Part shown: in pieces, positions 43,462 through 52,929 of the stretch
Layout of the letters: every line of letters begins with the position of its first letter
Position numbering within the stretch: position 1 is the stretch's first letter
Origin: a virus
IMG/VR virus record: IMGVR_UViG_3300010885_054390
Span: 16,255 to 80,254 of that record
Reading direction: 5' to 3' (one strand)
DNA: 64,000 nt
Made by a program: the position numbers and the translations under genes
Notes under the pieces: generated by a model
The model's database searches: none
What the model was told of the DNA's origin: nothing
What the model saw: only the letters and a program-made list of their open reading frames with translations

Positions 43462-44418
43462 TTAAGGTTTGTAGACTGGAAGTTTAACGGCAATATCCCC
43501 TACGGCAATATTGTAATGTTTAATTTTAGCGGAAGGAGAGTTTTCACAAACAGTTTTTACAGTTGTAAAATTAGCTGTGCCTTTTGCAAAGTAAGTATTC
43601 GCAACGGTAATGCCATTAGCCACGGTGAGAGACCCTTCAATTAAAACTGTATTTCTTCCGGTCGGAGGAGTTATCTGTATTTTATCTCCGTCTCCTTCAA
43701 TCTGTGACCATTGAACTTGCCCCGTTGCTAAATCTAAGCTCTCCGATGGGGTTATTTCTGCCGCTGTCGCAAATGACCCCCTCCAAAATGTTGTCGCTAT
43801 AAAAACTCCGGGGGAAGTAATATTGTTTTCCGGCTCTTGCGTGTTTGTAAGTTTTACTGTTATAGAGCTGTTAATCGAAGTTACTAGGGCTGTTGCGGAA
43901 TCTATTTGAGCCTGTACATCGTTTTCGGAGGCAGTTTTGTTTTTAGAAAAACCAACAATTCCCATAAAATCATTTCTAATGAAAGGCGGGTTTTCTTCGG
44001 ATACAGCCTGCAATATAGGAAGCATATCGGGGTCTATGTTTAGATTTCTTTGAGCTTCTTTTTGCAAATCCGCAGACTCCGCTAGCTCCGAAAGATAGTT
44101 TTCCGATGTAAAACCGCGTTTTCTTACGGCTAACTCTAAGTCAACGTAATCTTTTCCGTAGTCGTTGTAGGCAGTAATTCGATAGTAAAAAACCCCCGAT
44201 ACCGTTACAAGCCCGCTAAGCTTTCCGCTTAAACGATCAAAGGTAAGATTTGGAAGCGGGTTTTCACTTATTGTAAAATACTTTGGCGTTCCGGATCTTG
44301 GCGAAATTCGAGTCTCGTAATTAAAGTTCTTGCCCGTCAGGGTTACGATAGAATCCCTTTTATTGAGCGTGTCCCCTCCTTTGGGGATTACAATTGGGGC
44401 ATTAGATATTAAGGCCAT
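43462..44418 (-). CDS. virion protein with He_PIG Ig-like domain
   Basis: LPNLTFDRLSGKLSG....G.FYYRITAYNDYG. Confidence 0.65.
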   Translation of the reverse strand: MALISNAPIVIPKGGDTLNKRDSIVTLTGKNFNYETRISPRSGTPKYFTISENPLPNLTFDRLSGKLSGLVTVSGVFYYRITAYNDYGKDYVDLELAVRKRGFTSENYLSELAESADLQKEAQRNLNIDPDMLPILQAVSEENPPFIRNDFMGIVGFSKNKTASENDVQAQIDSATALVTSINSSITVKLTNTQEPENNITSPGVFIATTFWRGSFATAAEITPSESLDLATGQVQWSQIEGDGDKIQITPPTGRNTVLIEGSLTVANGITVANTYFAKGTANFTTVKTVCENSPSAKIKHYNIAVGDIAVKLPVYKP

Positions 44419-44419
44419 A

Positions 44420-45520
44420 TTAGTTTAATTTCTCTGTCTTAACGTAGAATTTCCTACCCGGCTCGCTGTCTGCGTTGAGCACAATCATGTATCCGGTATC
44501 AGAGGAAACGTTTGCAGGTATTCTATTTTGTAGGCCACCCTGCCCAGAGTTTGAGTCTACGGCAATATTAAAAGTTGTTCCTACACGAAGATAATCTACC
44601 GAAACATTAACGGGCTCAAATACTTGACCCGGAATTGGCTGCTTGTATGGCTTTACGACTTGATTGCTGGCTCCCGTAGATGTGGTTGAGTAATCTCCAA
44701 CAGTCCAGTATCCGAAGGTATCTTGTTTAATCGCCACCGGTTCGGCGCCCGTTTTGTCTTTTATATAAAATTCATTCGCATAAGCAGGGCCAAACATAGC
44801 ATACGGAGTTGGGAAAACTGGGGAGGCTTTGTTAAGAGAATTGGTAGCTCTTTGCGTAAAAGAAGAAAACTCTGATTTTAATTGACTTAGAACAGATGAT
44901 ATTTTGCCCTTAAACCCTTTTACATATTGAAATACTGTTAGGGATAAATATGAAGAAGCCTTCGGAAATGTTGCGTCCGACAAACCACCAACCATAAAAT
45001 CGGGAGCCTCTACAAGCTGAGCTACTGCATATACGTCATCCGGATGAGTTGCTGTATCCGGATACGCACCGTCTTTTTCTGTTACCCCAAGAAGTAAATT
45101 TTTTAAAGCCGTCCATTGGTAGGCGAAACCCGATAAAAGAAATTCTTTAAAAGCAAGATCAACGCGAAGACCGCGAGCCGTTTGCCGAAGAGCTTGAGAT
45201 GGAGTCCCAACGGTTAAAGGGGCGGGGTCTGCGGATTGCTCGGAAGCATTTCTAGCGAACAATTTGACGTAGTACGTTGTATTGGGTAGAAGATTTGTAA
45301 CTTCCCATCGAGTGCCGGAAATTACCTTCCCGTTGTAGCCGGGGTGAAAATTAGAAAGCACGTTCAGAAAAGTACTTGTATTTGTATCAGATACTTCTGT
45401 GTTTGTTCGAGCAACATACAAAAGATACTCAGAGGCATTCAGCACGGAAGACCACTCAAGCACAAAAGAAGTAGCCGTAAGAGATGTAACCGGCTTTAAA
45501 ATAGGAATAGAAAGAGCCAT
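44420..45520 (-). CDS. virion protein with N-terminal fibronectin type III domain
   Basis: TATSFVLEWS.V.NA.EY.L...VTNLLPNTTYYVKLFARN. Confidence 0.7.
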   Translation of the reverse strand: MALSIPILKPVTSLTATSFVLEWSSVLNASEYLLYVARTNTEVSDTNTSTFLNVLSNFHPGYNGKVISGTRWEVTNLLPNTTYYVKLFARNASEQSADPAPLTVGTPSQALRQTARGLRVDLAFKEFLLSGFAYQWTALKNLLLGVTEKDGAYPDTATHPDDVYAVAQLVEAPDFMVGGLSDATFPKASSYLSLTVFQYVKGFKGKISSVLSQLKSEFSSFTQRATNSLNKASPVFPTPYAMFGPAYANEFYIKDKTGAEPVAIKQDTFGYWTVGDYSTTSTGASNQVVKPYKQPIPGQVFEPVNVSVDYLRVGTTFNIAVDSNSGQGGLQNRIPANVSSDTGYMIVLNADSEPGRKFYVKTEKLN

Positions 45521-45528
45521 AAATTACT

Positions 45529-48500
45529 TTATCCTTCCTCGCATTGAACGCTAGCTGTAACCGTAATTGGCAACCCAGAGTTTTCGACGCTAGTCATATT
45601 TTTTGCCGTAACAAAGAATGTGTAATCTCCCGGCCCACGAATTGCGGTTCCGTTGTATGAGAAGAAATTTGAGAGGTCAAAATTAAACGGCTTTATGAAA
45701 TTTGTTCCGGTTTGCCTATTAGCACTTATAAAGAACGACCCGAGCAATTCAAACTTGCTCGTGTCAAGTTTTTGCGTGCAGTCCGTATCTACCAATATAC
45801 CGCTGTTTTCGTTCTGATCTCGGAAGGTAACCGGCAATCTGACGGAACTTCCGGAAACTTGCGCCTCAATTCCGGGTCGACCCCAAGAAAAATTATTTTC
45901 CGCCGATAAAAGTGGTATGCGTTTTATCCACTCATAAGCTGTCTCATTAGCGCGACGTGCCGGGAATTGAGTTCCTGAGCCAATAAGACTTTTGCCGTAA
46001 ATTTTTTGAAGAACCTGATGTGCAGCAGTTCCCGCATACAACGAGTCTGGTTGACCTAAGAATCTCACAGCTCTTTGCTCAATATCGTTGGTGCTTGGAT
46101 TGGTTGAAATAGTTACATTTTTAATTGAAGACCCGGGGGACAAAAGAAACACGAGATGCACGCCGCTTGCGGCTGGATTTCGAATGTAGTTTTGACTTTC
46201 CATGCCTCTAGAGGCGCCCCCAATAATTCGTGTAAATGAAGTGTTGTACAGTAACGAGCTTGGGAGATTATCGAAGGTGTACTTAGTTGCTGAGAAATCT
46301 TGGTTAGTATAGGTCCTGCCTTCGGTGCCTTCAGAAAAAAATCCGTAGGCTCCGTGAAGTGAATACGGGGTAAAATAGAGCGGCCACATTCCTTCTACTA
46401 GTTCAGAGGCTACAAAATTAGCCCAGCTTGAAGAATTCATAATTGCAGATGCTTGTCCGGAGGGAAGGCTTGTTTTGTGGTAATAAAAACCAGCGTATAC
46501 ATTTCCGGATACCTCGTAGCTAAAATTGAAAAACGGATCAAAGATTGGATCGCTCATCATTACCATGTCGGTGTGTTTAAAATTGAGAGTATACCCAACC
46601 TTTGCGAGTTCGGCTGTATCTGGGGATAGGTTAAAGTTATAAAAATACGGATCGCGCAAAGAAGAAAACGGATCTGGACTAAGAGCGCCTGCGTCAGCTA
46701 CTCGCATAGCGAAAAAATTGGGATCTTTGTCAGTAGAAACTCCCGAAACAAGTCCGCCCCTTAGGTACACGTTTGGCGAAGTGTCCGCGCCCAAAAGATA
46801 CCGCCTTCTCGCAGGATCTACGGAAGTTGGTCTGGTGGGGCAATTGTCTTCTTCCTCGGGAAGATTGAAAGTTCCGTTAGAGGGCTGCGACCAATCGGGT
46901 GCCAAGTAGCAAGGCGGGACATAGGACCACCAAGGAGTATTAGAATTCTTTTTAAAGAAAAAGTTTTTGGAATTGTTAGCGTCTGGGAACAGTCCGCTAA
47001 GCGAATAATTGTAGCCGTCTGGGTAGGATATAACCTTCCCAATTGTACTTTGAGTATCGGAAACTCCTGAGGCAGTCCACATATCTACTCGAAGCGGATA
47101 ATTATTTGTAGTGCTGCTTGATGTCGCTGAAATAGAAAGTCTTTTTGGAACAATTACTTTGTAGTTTCTGGTATCTGTGGCAGCCCCCGGAATTGAGTCT
47201 GCGGTTAAACGTTTTTTCATCTTCGTTTTGTAACGAGTAGCTATAACTGGAAACACGTCGGAGCTGCTTATTTTTTCCATTCCAGAATCCTTAGACTGAA
47301 TGGTGCAAGGGCAGCCAAATTCATTTGCGGGCCATGTCCCAACAAAAGCCCAAGCTGCTCCGGGTGAGGCTGTTCCGGAGGCTCCCGTAATAGTCGCGGT
47401 AAGGCCGCCATTAAAGACAATTTCGTAGTTAGAGGGGTTAGCTTGTATAGCTGGCCCCCAAGCCGGATTCCCGAGGCCAACGGTAACTGAGTTAGTGGAA
47501 ACAGCGGATTGGCCCGAGAAATTCATTAGATTTGGTATAATCAAAGTGCGGGCTTGCGAGTTAAAAGCGGGTATTGTTTTAACTCCGCCGGAGACATCTG
47601 TGATTTGAGGGGAGTTAGGATTTCCGCCATCAATGTAAACGCTAACGCCGTATTTGCTAAGAGAAAGCATACCTTGATCGTTGACAGTTCCGTTTGCCGA
47701 GACTAGCCGGTAGAAGACCTTGAACCAAGGCGTCGATAGAGTTGGATAGCGCTTACTCTTAAGATCTGCTGGCGTGTTTGGCTCGGAGTCGCTTTGTGGT
47801 GGGCCAAAGTCGTGAATCCTAACCCACTTTGCAGCTTTATTGCCTACAGGCACATAAGCATACAATCTTGCGCCTACACCACCATACCACCCGTACTCAA
47901 TCTTAAACATCGTAACTGTGTCCCACTTCATAACATATCCGCTGTCGCCAAAGCCGTTGAGATTGTCGCCATTAAACGATCCTTGATTTACAGTTTCAGT
48001 TCGATAAGTAGACCACCTTTTTGTAAAGGGATTAAAATAGTTAAATCTTGATCTTACAATTGACCAAGTTCCGTTGTTTAAACGAAAAAACATTGCATTT
48101 TCGTCATTTTCAATGCCCCAACTAACTTCGCTAGAGCTGCCGACGTATTCGGGAGGGCAGGCTCGAACGCCAAAGGTGAAGCCAGTAATGCGACCGGGTT
48201 GGTAGGCAAAGTACTGCCTAGAGGTAAGTTCAGCGGAAGAAGTTACCCCAGTAGTTCGTGGCGTTCCGTACGGTGGGAACGTTATATTTGTGCTATTCCA
48301 TTTTCCTTTTGCTACGTCATAGGCTGTCTGGCCGTAAGCGCTATATCGGTGCCAAGGAAAGCTAGATGGGGGAACTCTGCAATAAAGATTAATACCTGAA
48401 TTTTGAATATCCGACTCAACTCGTACGGCAGTTTCGTAGGGAAGCGCTCCCTCTGGCACTTGAAGATCTGGGTTATTTCTAACGGAATAAGAATCAAACC

Positions 48501-49731
48501 ATCCTTGCGGTTCAACCGAATCATATTGATAGCTTGTCTTGGCTATCCACCTCGTCGTGTCTAAGCCAATTTTGTTGATGTCTTCAAAAAGATTTAGTGA
48601 TGTCTCTTCTCTTGGGATGCCTAAAAGGCCCGTAGAAACAGGAGTTACGGCAATACTTTCGCGTTTAACCGGTACTGGTGCAACGTTGTCCGCGAGAAAC
48701 ATATCGGGGTTTACGACAACCGGCACGCTTTTTTCGCCAAAGGCATCAAGAACTGGCTTTCCGCTCACAAGATCATCGCCCGACGTAAAAATAGTTTTTG
48801 GGCCAGAACTTCTGTATAAAGTAAACCAAAACTGCCAATCCAAGTAATAGCTAAAACTAAAAGGGAGTGAATTGTATCCACCAATAGTAAAGGCGTCTAC
48901 AATTGACTTTGGCATCATAACAACAAAACCTTCAGCGGAGCCAATAGAAATAAACTCTAAGCTTTGGCCATCTTTTGGTAGAAATCTAAGGTTCGTGAAG
49001 TTATTAGTAACTGGATCGGCATCGTACTGTATCCAACCGGATTTTTCAGTTAAAGACATTGGAATACAGGCGCCTGTATTTAATCCGCCAGATCTTTGAA
49101 GTGGGAGCCAATCGCTACGGACTACTGGCGCATAGTCGTACCAAGTGCCAAGAGGAGAATACCGGTAAGAGCCAAGAACAAATACGGGAATATACGCGGA
49201 GCCTTTGTTGTGGTAACCGGAAATAAAAGGATAAATTCCGGATGGATCTACGTTAATAAACTTGTAGATGTCAACCAAGTATCGACCTTGTTGATCTACA
49301 AGCTGAAGAACATCTTCATTTGCAAACGGTGTTTGCTCCGATACAAAAGGAGTAAACTTAGCTTTATTTGTTACAAAAGAATTACAGCGCCAATTTCCAA
49401 TCGGTATCTCAAAGCGGTACTTGGTGCAAAGATTTCTTGTGCCGTCATTTAGTCTGAAAAAACAATTAGCGCAATTCCACCCAACGGGATCAAAGTTAGA
49501 CGGAATTGTGGTTGCGGTGCCTTGATAGGGGTTGTAAGCCCGCCAGCTAGGCACTAAAGACGGAATGTCTTTTTGAAAGTACCCAATGTTCTTGGAGGGG
49601 AGTTTAAACGCTGGATCTGACGGCTGATTTGCGCGAATAGGGTAATCTACCCAATAATCCGAAGAAGGATTTGTGAAGATGTCGGCAGAGTCCGAGCCCG
49701 TCGAACTCGAACCTGTCGTAGAATCGGGCAT
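45529..49731 (-). CDS. large virion structural/tail appendage protein (paralog of the 49747 gene)
   Basis: LLGIPREET, LTSRQYFAYQPGR, TMFKIEYGWYG, KYG.SVYIDGG motifs. Confidence 0.7.
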   Translation of the reverse strand: MPDSTTGSSSTGSDSADIFTNPSSDYWVDYPIRANQPSDPAFKLPSKNIGYFQKDIPSLVPSWRAYNPYQGTATTIPSNFDPVGWNCANCFFRLNDGTRNLCTKYRFEIPIGNWRCNSFVTNKAKFTPFVSEQTPFANEDVLQLVDQQGRYLVDIYKFINVDPSGIYPFISGYHNKGSAYIPVFVLGSYRYSPLGTWYDYAPVVRSDWLPLQRSGGLNTGACIPMSLTEKSGWIQYDADPVTNNFTNLRFLPKDGQSLEFISIGSAEGFVVMMPKSIVDAFTIGGYNSLPFSFSYYLDWQFWFTLYRSSGPKTIFTSGDDLVSGKPVLDAFGEKSVPVVVNPDMFLADNVAPVPVKRESIAVTPVSTGLLGIPREETSLNLFEDINKIGLDTTRWIAKTSYQYDSVEPQGWFDSYSVRNNPDLQVPEGALPYETAVRVESDIQNSGINLYCRVPPSSFPWHRYSAYGQTAYDVAKGKWNSTNITFPPYGTPRTTGVTSSAELTSRQYFAYQPGRITGFTFGVRACPPEYVGSSSEVSWGIENDENAMFFRLNNGTWSIVRSRFNYFNPFTKRWSTYRTETVNQGSFNGDNLNGFGDSGYVMKWDTVTMFKIEYGWYGGVGARLYAYVPVGNKAAKWVRIHDFGPPQSDSEPNTPADLKSKRYPTLSTPWFKVFYRLVSANGTVNDQGMLSLSKYGVSVYIDGGNPNSPQITDVSGGVKTIPAFNSQARTLIIPNLMNFSGQSAVSTNSVTVGLGNPAWGPAIQANPSNYEIVFNGGLTATITGASGTASPGAAWAFVGTWPANEFGCPCTIQSKDSGMEKISSSDVFPVIATRYKTKMKKRLTADSIPGAATDTRNYKVIVPKRLSISATSSSTTNNYPLRVDMWTASGVSDTQSTIGKVISYPDGYNYSLSGLFPDANNSKNFFFKKNSNTPWWSYVPPCYLAPDWSQPSNGTFNLPEEEDNCPTRPTSVDPARRRYLLGADTSPNVYLRGGLVSGVSTDKDPNFFAMRVADAGALSPDPFSSLRDPYFYNFNLSPDTAELAKVGYTLNFKHTDMVMMSDPIFDPFFNFSYEVSGNVYAGFYYHKTSLPSGQASAIMNSSSWANFVASELVEGMWPLYFTPYSLHGAYGFFSEGTEGRTYTNQDFSATKYTFDNLPSSLLYNTSFTRIIGGASRGMESQNYIRNPAASGVHLVFLLSPGSSIKNVTISTNPSTNDIEQRAVRFLGQPDSLYAGTAAHQVLQKIYGKSLIGSGTQFPARRANETAYEWIKRIPLLSAENNFSWGRPGIEAQVSGSSVRLPVTFRDQNENSGILVDTDCTQKLDTSKFELLGSFFISANRQTGTNFIKPFNFDLSNFFSYNGTAIRGPGDYTFFVTAKNMTSVENSGLPITVTASVQCEEG

Positions 49732-49746
49732 AGCCTTCGATTGTAA

Positions 49747-52700
49747 TTATTGCTCTTCCCAAGTCAAGGTAGCTAATACCTGAGCGGTTGTGGATGTAAT
49801 CGGTTCTGCGGTAAGGTATAGGGAGTCTCCGCCTCCACGCTCAACAAGCGGATAAGAAAGATATTCTTTATTGTACGAGAAGTACGGACTTAGATCAAAG
49901 TCATTCCCGCCATTTCCGGTGGTAAACGTAGCAATAGTTGTACCGGTGCTAGGTATGATTGCGCGGTCTTCTTGAGTGTCGTAGGCCACTGCTGAGAATT
50001 TTACATACCCAGTAAACGCCCCAGCCCTTGGATATCGGTTGCTTGTCGTGGCTGGAAGAGTTCCTGAGTCCGGCAAGAAGCTGCCGGCTGGAATAAATGT
50101 GCGATAGGCGTTATAGGCTGTCTGTGTGTTCGATGTAGAACCTACTGCGTCTAGGAATGCGGTGCTGCCAGAATTGACTCTATCGCCAAAAACAAAAGTG
50201 AAATCAAAGTCGTCACCAGATTTTTGCCGAGCAAAATAAACATTACTACCATCTCTTCGGAGGGTTCCTTTGATGCCAGCAAACGACCCAAAGACTTCAG
50301 TTGTCGTAGCGCCAAAGTAAGCATCTAAGCCCCTAGCGGTTGTCGCGGAATCTAAGGAAAGAAGAGTCTCTTCTGTGCTGCCGGATAGATAGTGAAGGCC
50401 TGTGCTTTTTGTAAGAGTTACGTCTTTGTTGTAGCCTTTTTTAAGGTCTGCAAAAGAAACCTGCGCAATTCGGAACAAAGCATTAACGGATTGAGCTCCA
50501 TAGTTAGCGTACTGAAATCCAGTTGGAAGCGTTAGACTGCCAAACTCTGGATTTTTAATGAGCCTGAGAACACAGGGGACATCCGTATAAACGCCCAAAC
50601 GAGTAGGATAAACCTGTGCTCTGTTCCTAGCGTAAAGACCTTCGGAATTTTGAATGTACTCAAGTAACTTAATTCCTAAAATAGGAGAACCGTTGCCTAA
50701 ATAAACAGTAATTGGATCGCCGGTCACATACTGAGGGATAGTGCTCGCCAAATAAATTTGCGATTGATTGGGGTCAATGTTTTTAATTGAAGTTCCAAAT
50801 TTGCTGTCGGAGCCGACAACTACTCGGGAGCCAATAAAAGAAGGCAGGAATGGAAAAAGACTTGTGTTGGCGTCGACTCGAGTTGCGCCAGTCCAGTTGT
50901 TTGCCGAAGAGGCGATAGACCCCGTAACAAGATCACTGCCATTCGTAGTTTTTACATTTGAGGGGGTAACTGAAACTTGAGATTTGTAGGCAGTCCTAGC
51001 TAGATCGGTAGTGGCGGAATTAATCTTAACCGTGCCTTTGTCTCCTCCGTCTATGAGATACGATGTTCCGTACTTGCAAATGTCCTGACGAGCCGTAGAG
51101 CCGCCAGCCCAAGTTACATATCGGAATGGGAGAGTGGGATTGCCGAGAGAAGGAGTGCTTAGCTGATTAGAGCAACGGATGTGGTGAATGGAGACCCATT
51201 TTGCGCCACCAGTAGAATCGGGAACGTATGCAAAAAATTGAGCTCCAACGGCTCCGTACCAGCTATACTCGATCTTGTACATGGTGACTCTGGTGAAATC
51301 AATATTGTGGACAGAGGAGTCGGTTGTCGGTGCGTTATCAAGATCGCGCACCCAATCACCTTCGGAGTACTGACGGCCATTATATTTATAGGAGTCGGAA
51401 GAGTAGCGGTAAAAAGTGGAGGCTCCGTGAAGGGGATCGCCATTAAAGTAGCGTCGTGGAATCCTTTGTTCGTAAACCTTTGCATACTGCGAAGGAACGT
51501 AAATATCGGTATCAGAGCCGGTGCCGGGGTAATTAAAACCAAACAACCCTTTTAAGTTTGCGGTTGTGCCATCGGTGCCCGTGTAGGCCTGATTAGCCGT
51601 TGCGGCAACGTGTTTGTTCCACCCTGTGGGAACTGTTGAATCGGTAGGTCTGCGGAGGCAAATCGCCCCGGGAGTGGTGGAGCTGCAACGTAAAGTAGCG
51701 TCAAATAGGGCGGCATGGCAAAGTCTACGATTATCGCGAACAATAAACATATCGTAAGTGGCAACATTCGATAGAAGCCCGCCAGCTAGGCCAAATTCGC
51801 CGTTAGCTGTATTTGGGTCACTATTGACGCTAGTAAACCTGCGAACGCACCAAAACTTCAAATCTTGAACTGTGGGCGCCGACATTCCTCCGTCCCCGAC
51901 AATTTCAAAATAATATCCGTTGTAGTTGTCGAACATACCCCATTTCTTATGAGTGTCTTGTTTGTGGGATGGGACTATTGTTTCGGGGGCTCCGAGAGTG
52001 CCGTCAACCGCAGGTGCAGTTACTTCGAAAGTAGTATTGCTGATTGCGGAGGTAGTAGTCATGCGAACGCCAAAGGTTGCGGAGCTTACCCGACCCGGCT
52101 GGTATCTAAAAAATCTTTTACTCGTCAGAACGGCATACTTCGGTACAAAAGTAGAGCTTGTTTGGTTTTCTGAGAGCTCTCCGGGCGCAGAGACATACGC
52201 CGCACTTTCCGTAGGCTCGTGCCTAACGCCCCAGCCAATTTTATTAGCGCCGACAGTTACAGTTGTGTACTTTGTAGGGTAAAAAGCCCACTCTGTTTCG
52301 TTTACATTATAGGTGTTAACGTCGCCAAAAATACCCAAAGCAGTTTCGCTGCGAGGAATTCCAAGCAATGAAAGAGAGACTTCGGTGGCAACTTTCTGCT
52401 GTTCGATTACAGGAATGGCGCCTTGATCGGTGGCGAGCACAACAGGAACGGATTCGGCGGCACGCTTTTTACCGAGGGCAACTGCGGTTCCCCCTGCGGG
52501 GCCAACCAAGTATGGGTTATTAACAATATAGTCAACAATCGGAGCGTACTGTGCGCTCCCAGACGGAACGCCCAAATTAATTAAAGAACTTAGCGAAATC
52601 GCAGCCGCTGAATCTCCGGGCAGAACAAAATCAAAGTACTCTCCCGAAGGCAATGTGCAACGATACTGGGCGGAAGTAGAGGAAAGACTGTTTCTCCAAA

Positions 52701-52887
52701 GAGCCGTATTAAAGTTACCGCTGTCATCGGTAAGAACAGAAACCCCGCCCTGCGGGTAAATGCTGGTGGGAGTGACTCCAAAGGGACGAAGAGTAAAAGT
52801 AATTAAAGCGTTAGCTTGGGGCTGCCCGTCGACGTTGCGAAGAGTTCCGAAAACAACCCGTGTGGAGCCTAAGTTAAGATCGGCCAT
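49747..52887 (-). CDS. large virion structural/tail appendage protein with N-terminal Ig-like anchor
   Basis: LLGIPRSET, LTSKRFFRYQPGR, TMYKIEYSWYG, KYG.SYLIDGG motifs; N-terminal GTLRNVDGQP...TDDSG. Confidence 0.7.
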   Translation of the reverse strand: MADLNLGSTRVVFGTLRNVDGQPQANALITFTLRPFGVTPTSIYPQGGVSVLTDDSGNFNTALWRNSLSSTSAQYRCTLPSGEYFDFVLPGDSAAAISLSSLINLGVPSGSAQYAPIVDYIVNNPYLVGPAGGTAVALGKKRAAESVPVVLATDQGAIPVIEQQKVATEVSLSLLGIPRSETALGIFGDVNTYNVNETEWAFYPTKYTTVTVGANKIGWGVRHEPTESAAYVSAPGELSENQTSSTFVPKYAVLTSKRFFRYQPGRVSSATFGVRMTTTSAISNTTFEVTAPAVDGTLGAPETIVPSHKQDTHKKWGMFDNYNGYYFEIVGDGGMSAPTVQDLKFWCVRRFTSVNSDPNTANGEFGLAGGLLSNVATYDMFIVRDNRRLCHAALFDATLRCSSTTPGAICLRRPTDSTVPTGWNKHVAATANQAYTGTDGTTANLKGLFGFNYPGTGSDTDIYVPSQYAKVYEQRIPRRYFNGDPLHGASTFYRYSSDSYKYNGRQYSEGDWVRDLDNAPTTDSSVHNIDFTRVTMYKIEYSWYGAVGAQFFAYVPDSTGGAKWVSIHHIRCSNQLSTPSLGNPTLPFRYVTWAGGSTARQDICKYGTSYLIDGGDKGTVKINSATTDLARTAYKSQVSVTPSNVKTTNGSDLVTGSIASSANNWTGATRVDANTSLFPFLPSFIGSRVVVGSDSKFGTSIKNIDPNQSQIYLASTIPQYVTGDPITVYLGNGSPILGIKLLEYIQNSEGLYARNRAQVYPTRLGVYTDVPCVLRLIKNPEFGSLTLPTGFQYANYGAQSVNALFRIAQVSFADLKKGYNKDVTLTKSTGLHYLSGSTEETLLSLDSATTARGLDAYFGATTTEVFGSFAGIKGTLRRDGSNVYFARQKSGDDFDFTFVFGDRVNSGSTAFLDAVGSTSNTQTAYNAYRTFIPAGSFLPDSGTLPATTSNRYPRAGAFTGYVKFSAVAYDTQEDRAIIPSTGTTIATFTTGNGGNDFDLSPYFSYNKEYLSYPLVERGGGDSLYLTAEPITSTTAQVLATLTWEEQ

Positions 52888-52929
52888 AAGATTTACCTAT
52901 ACTCGGTTAAACCTACTAGTCGTCAAGCA

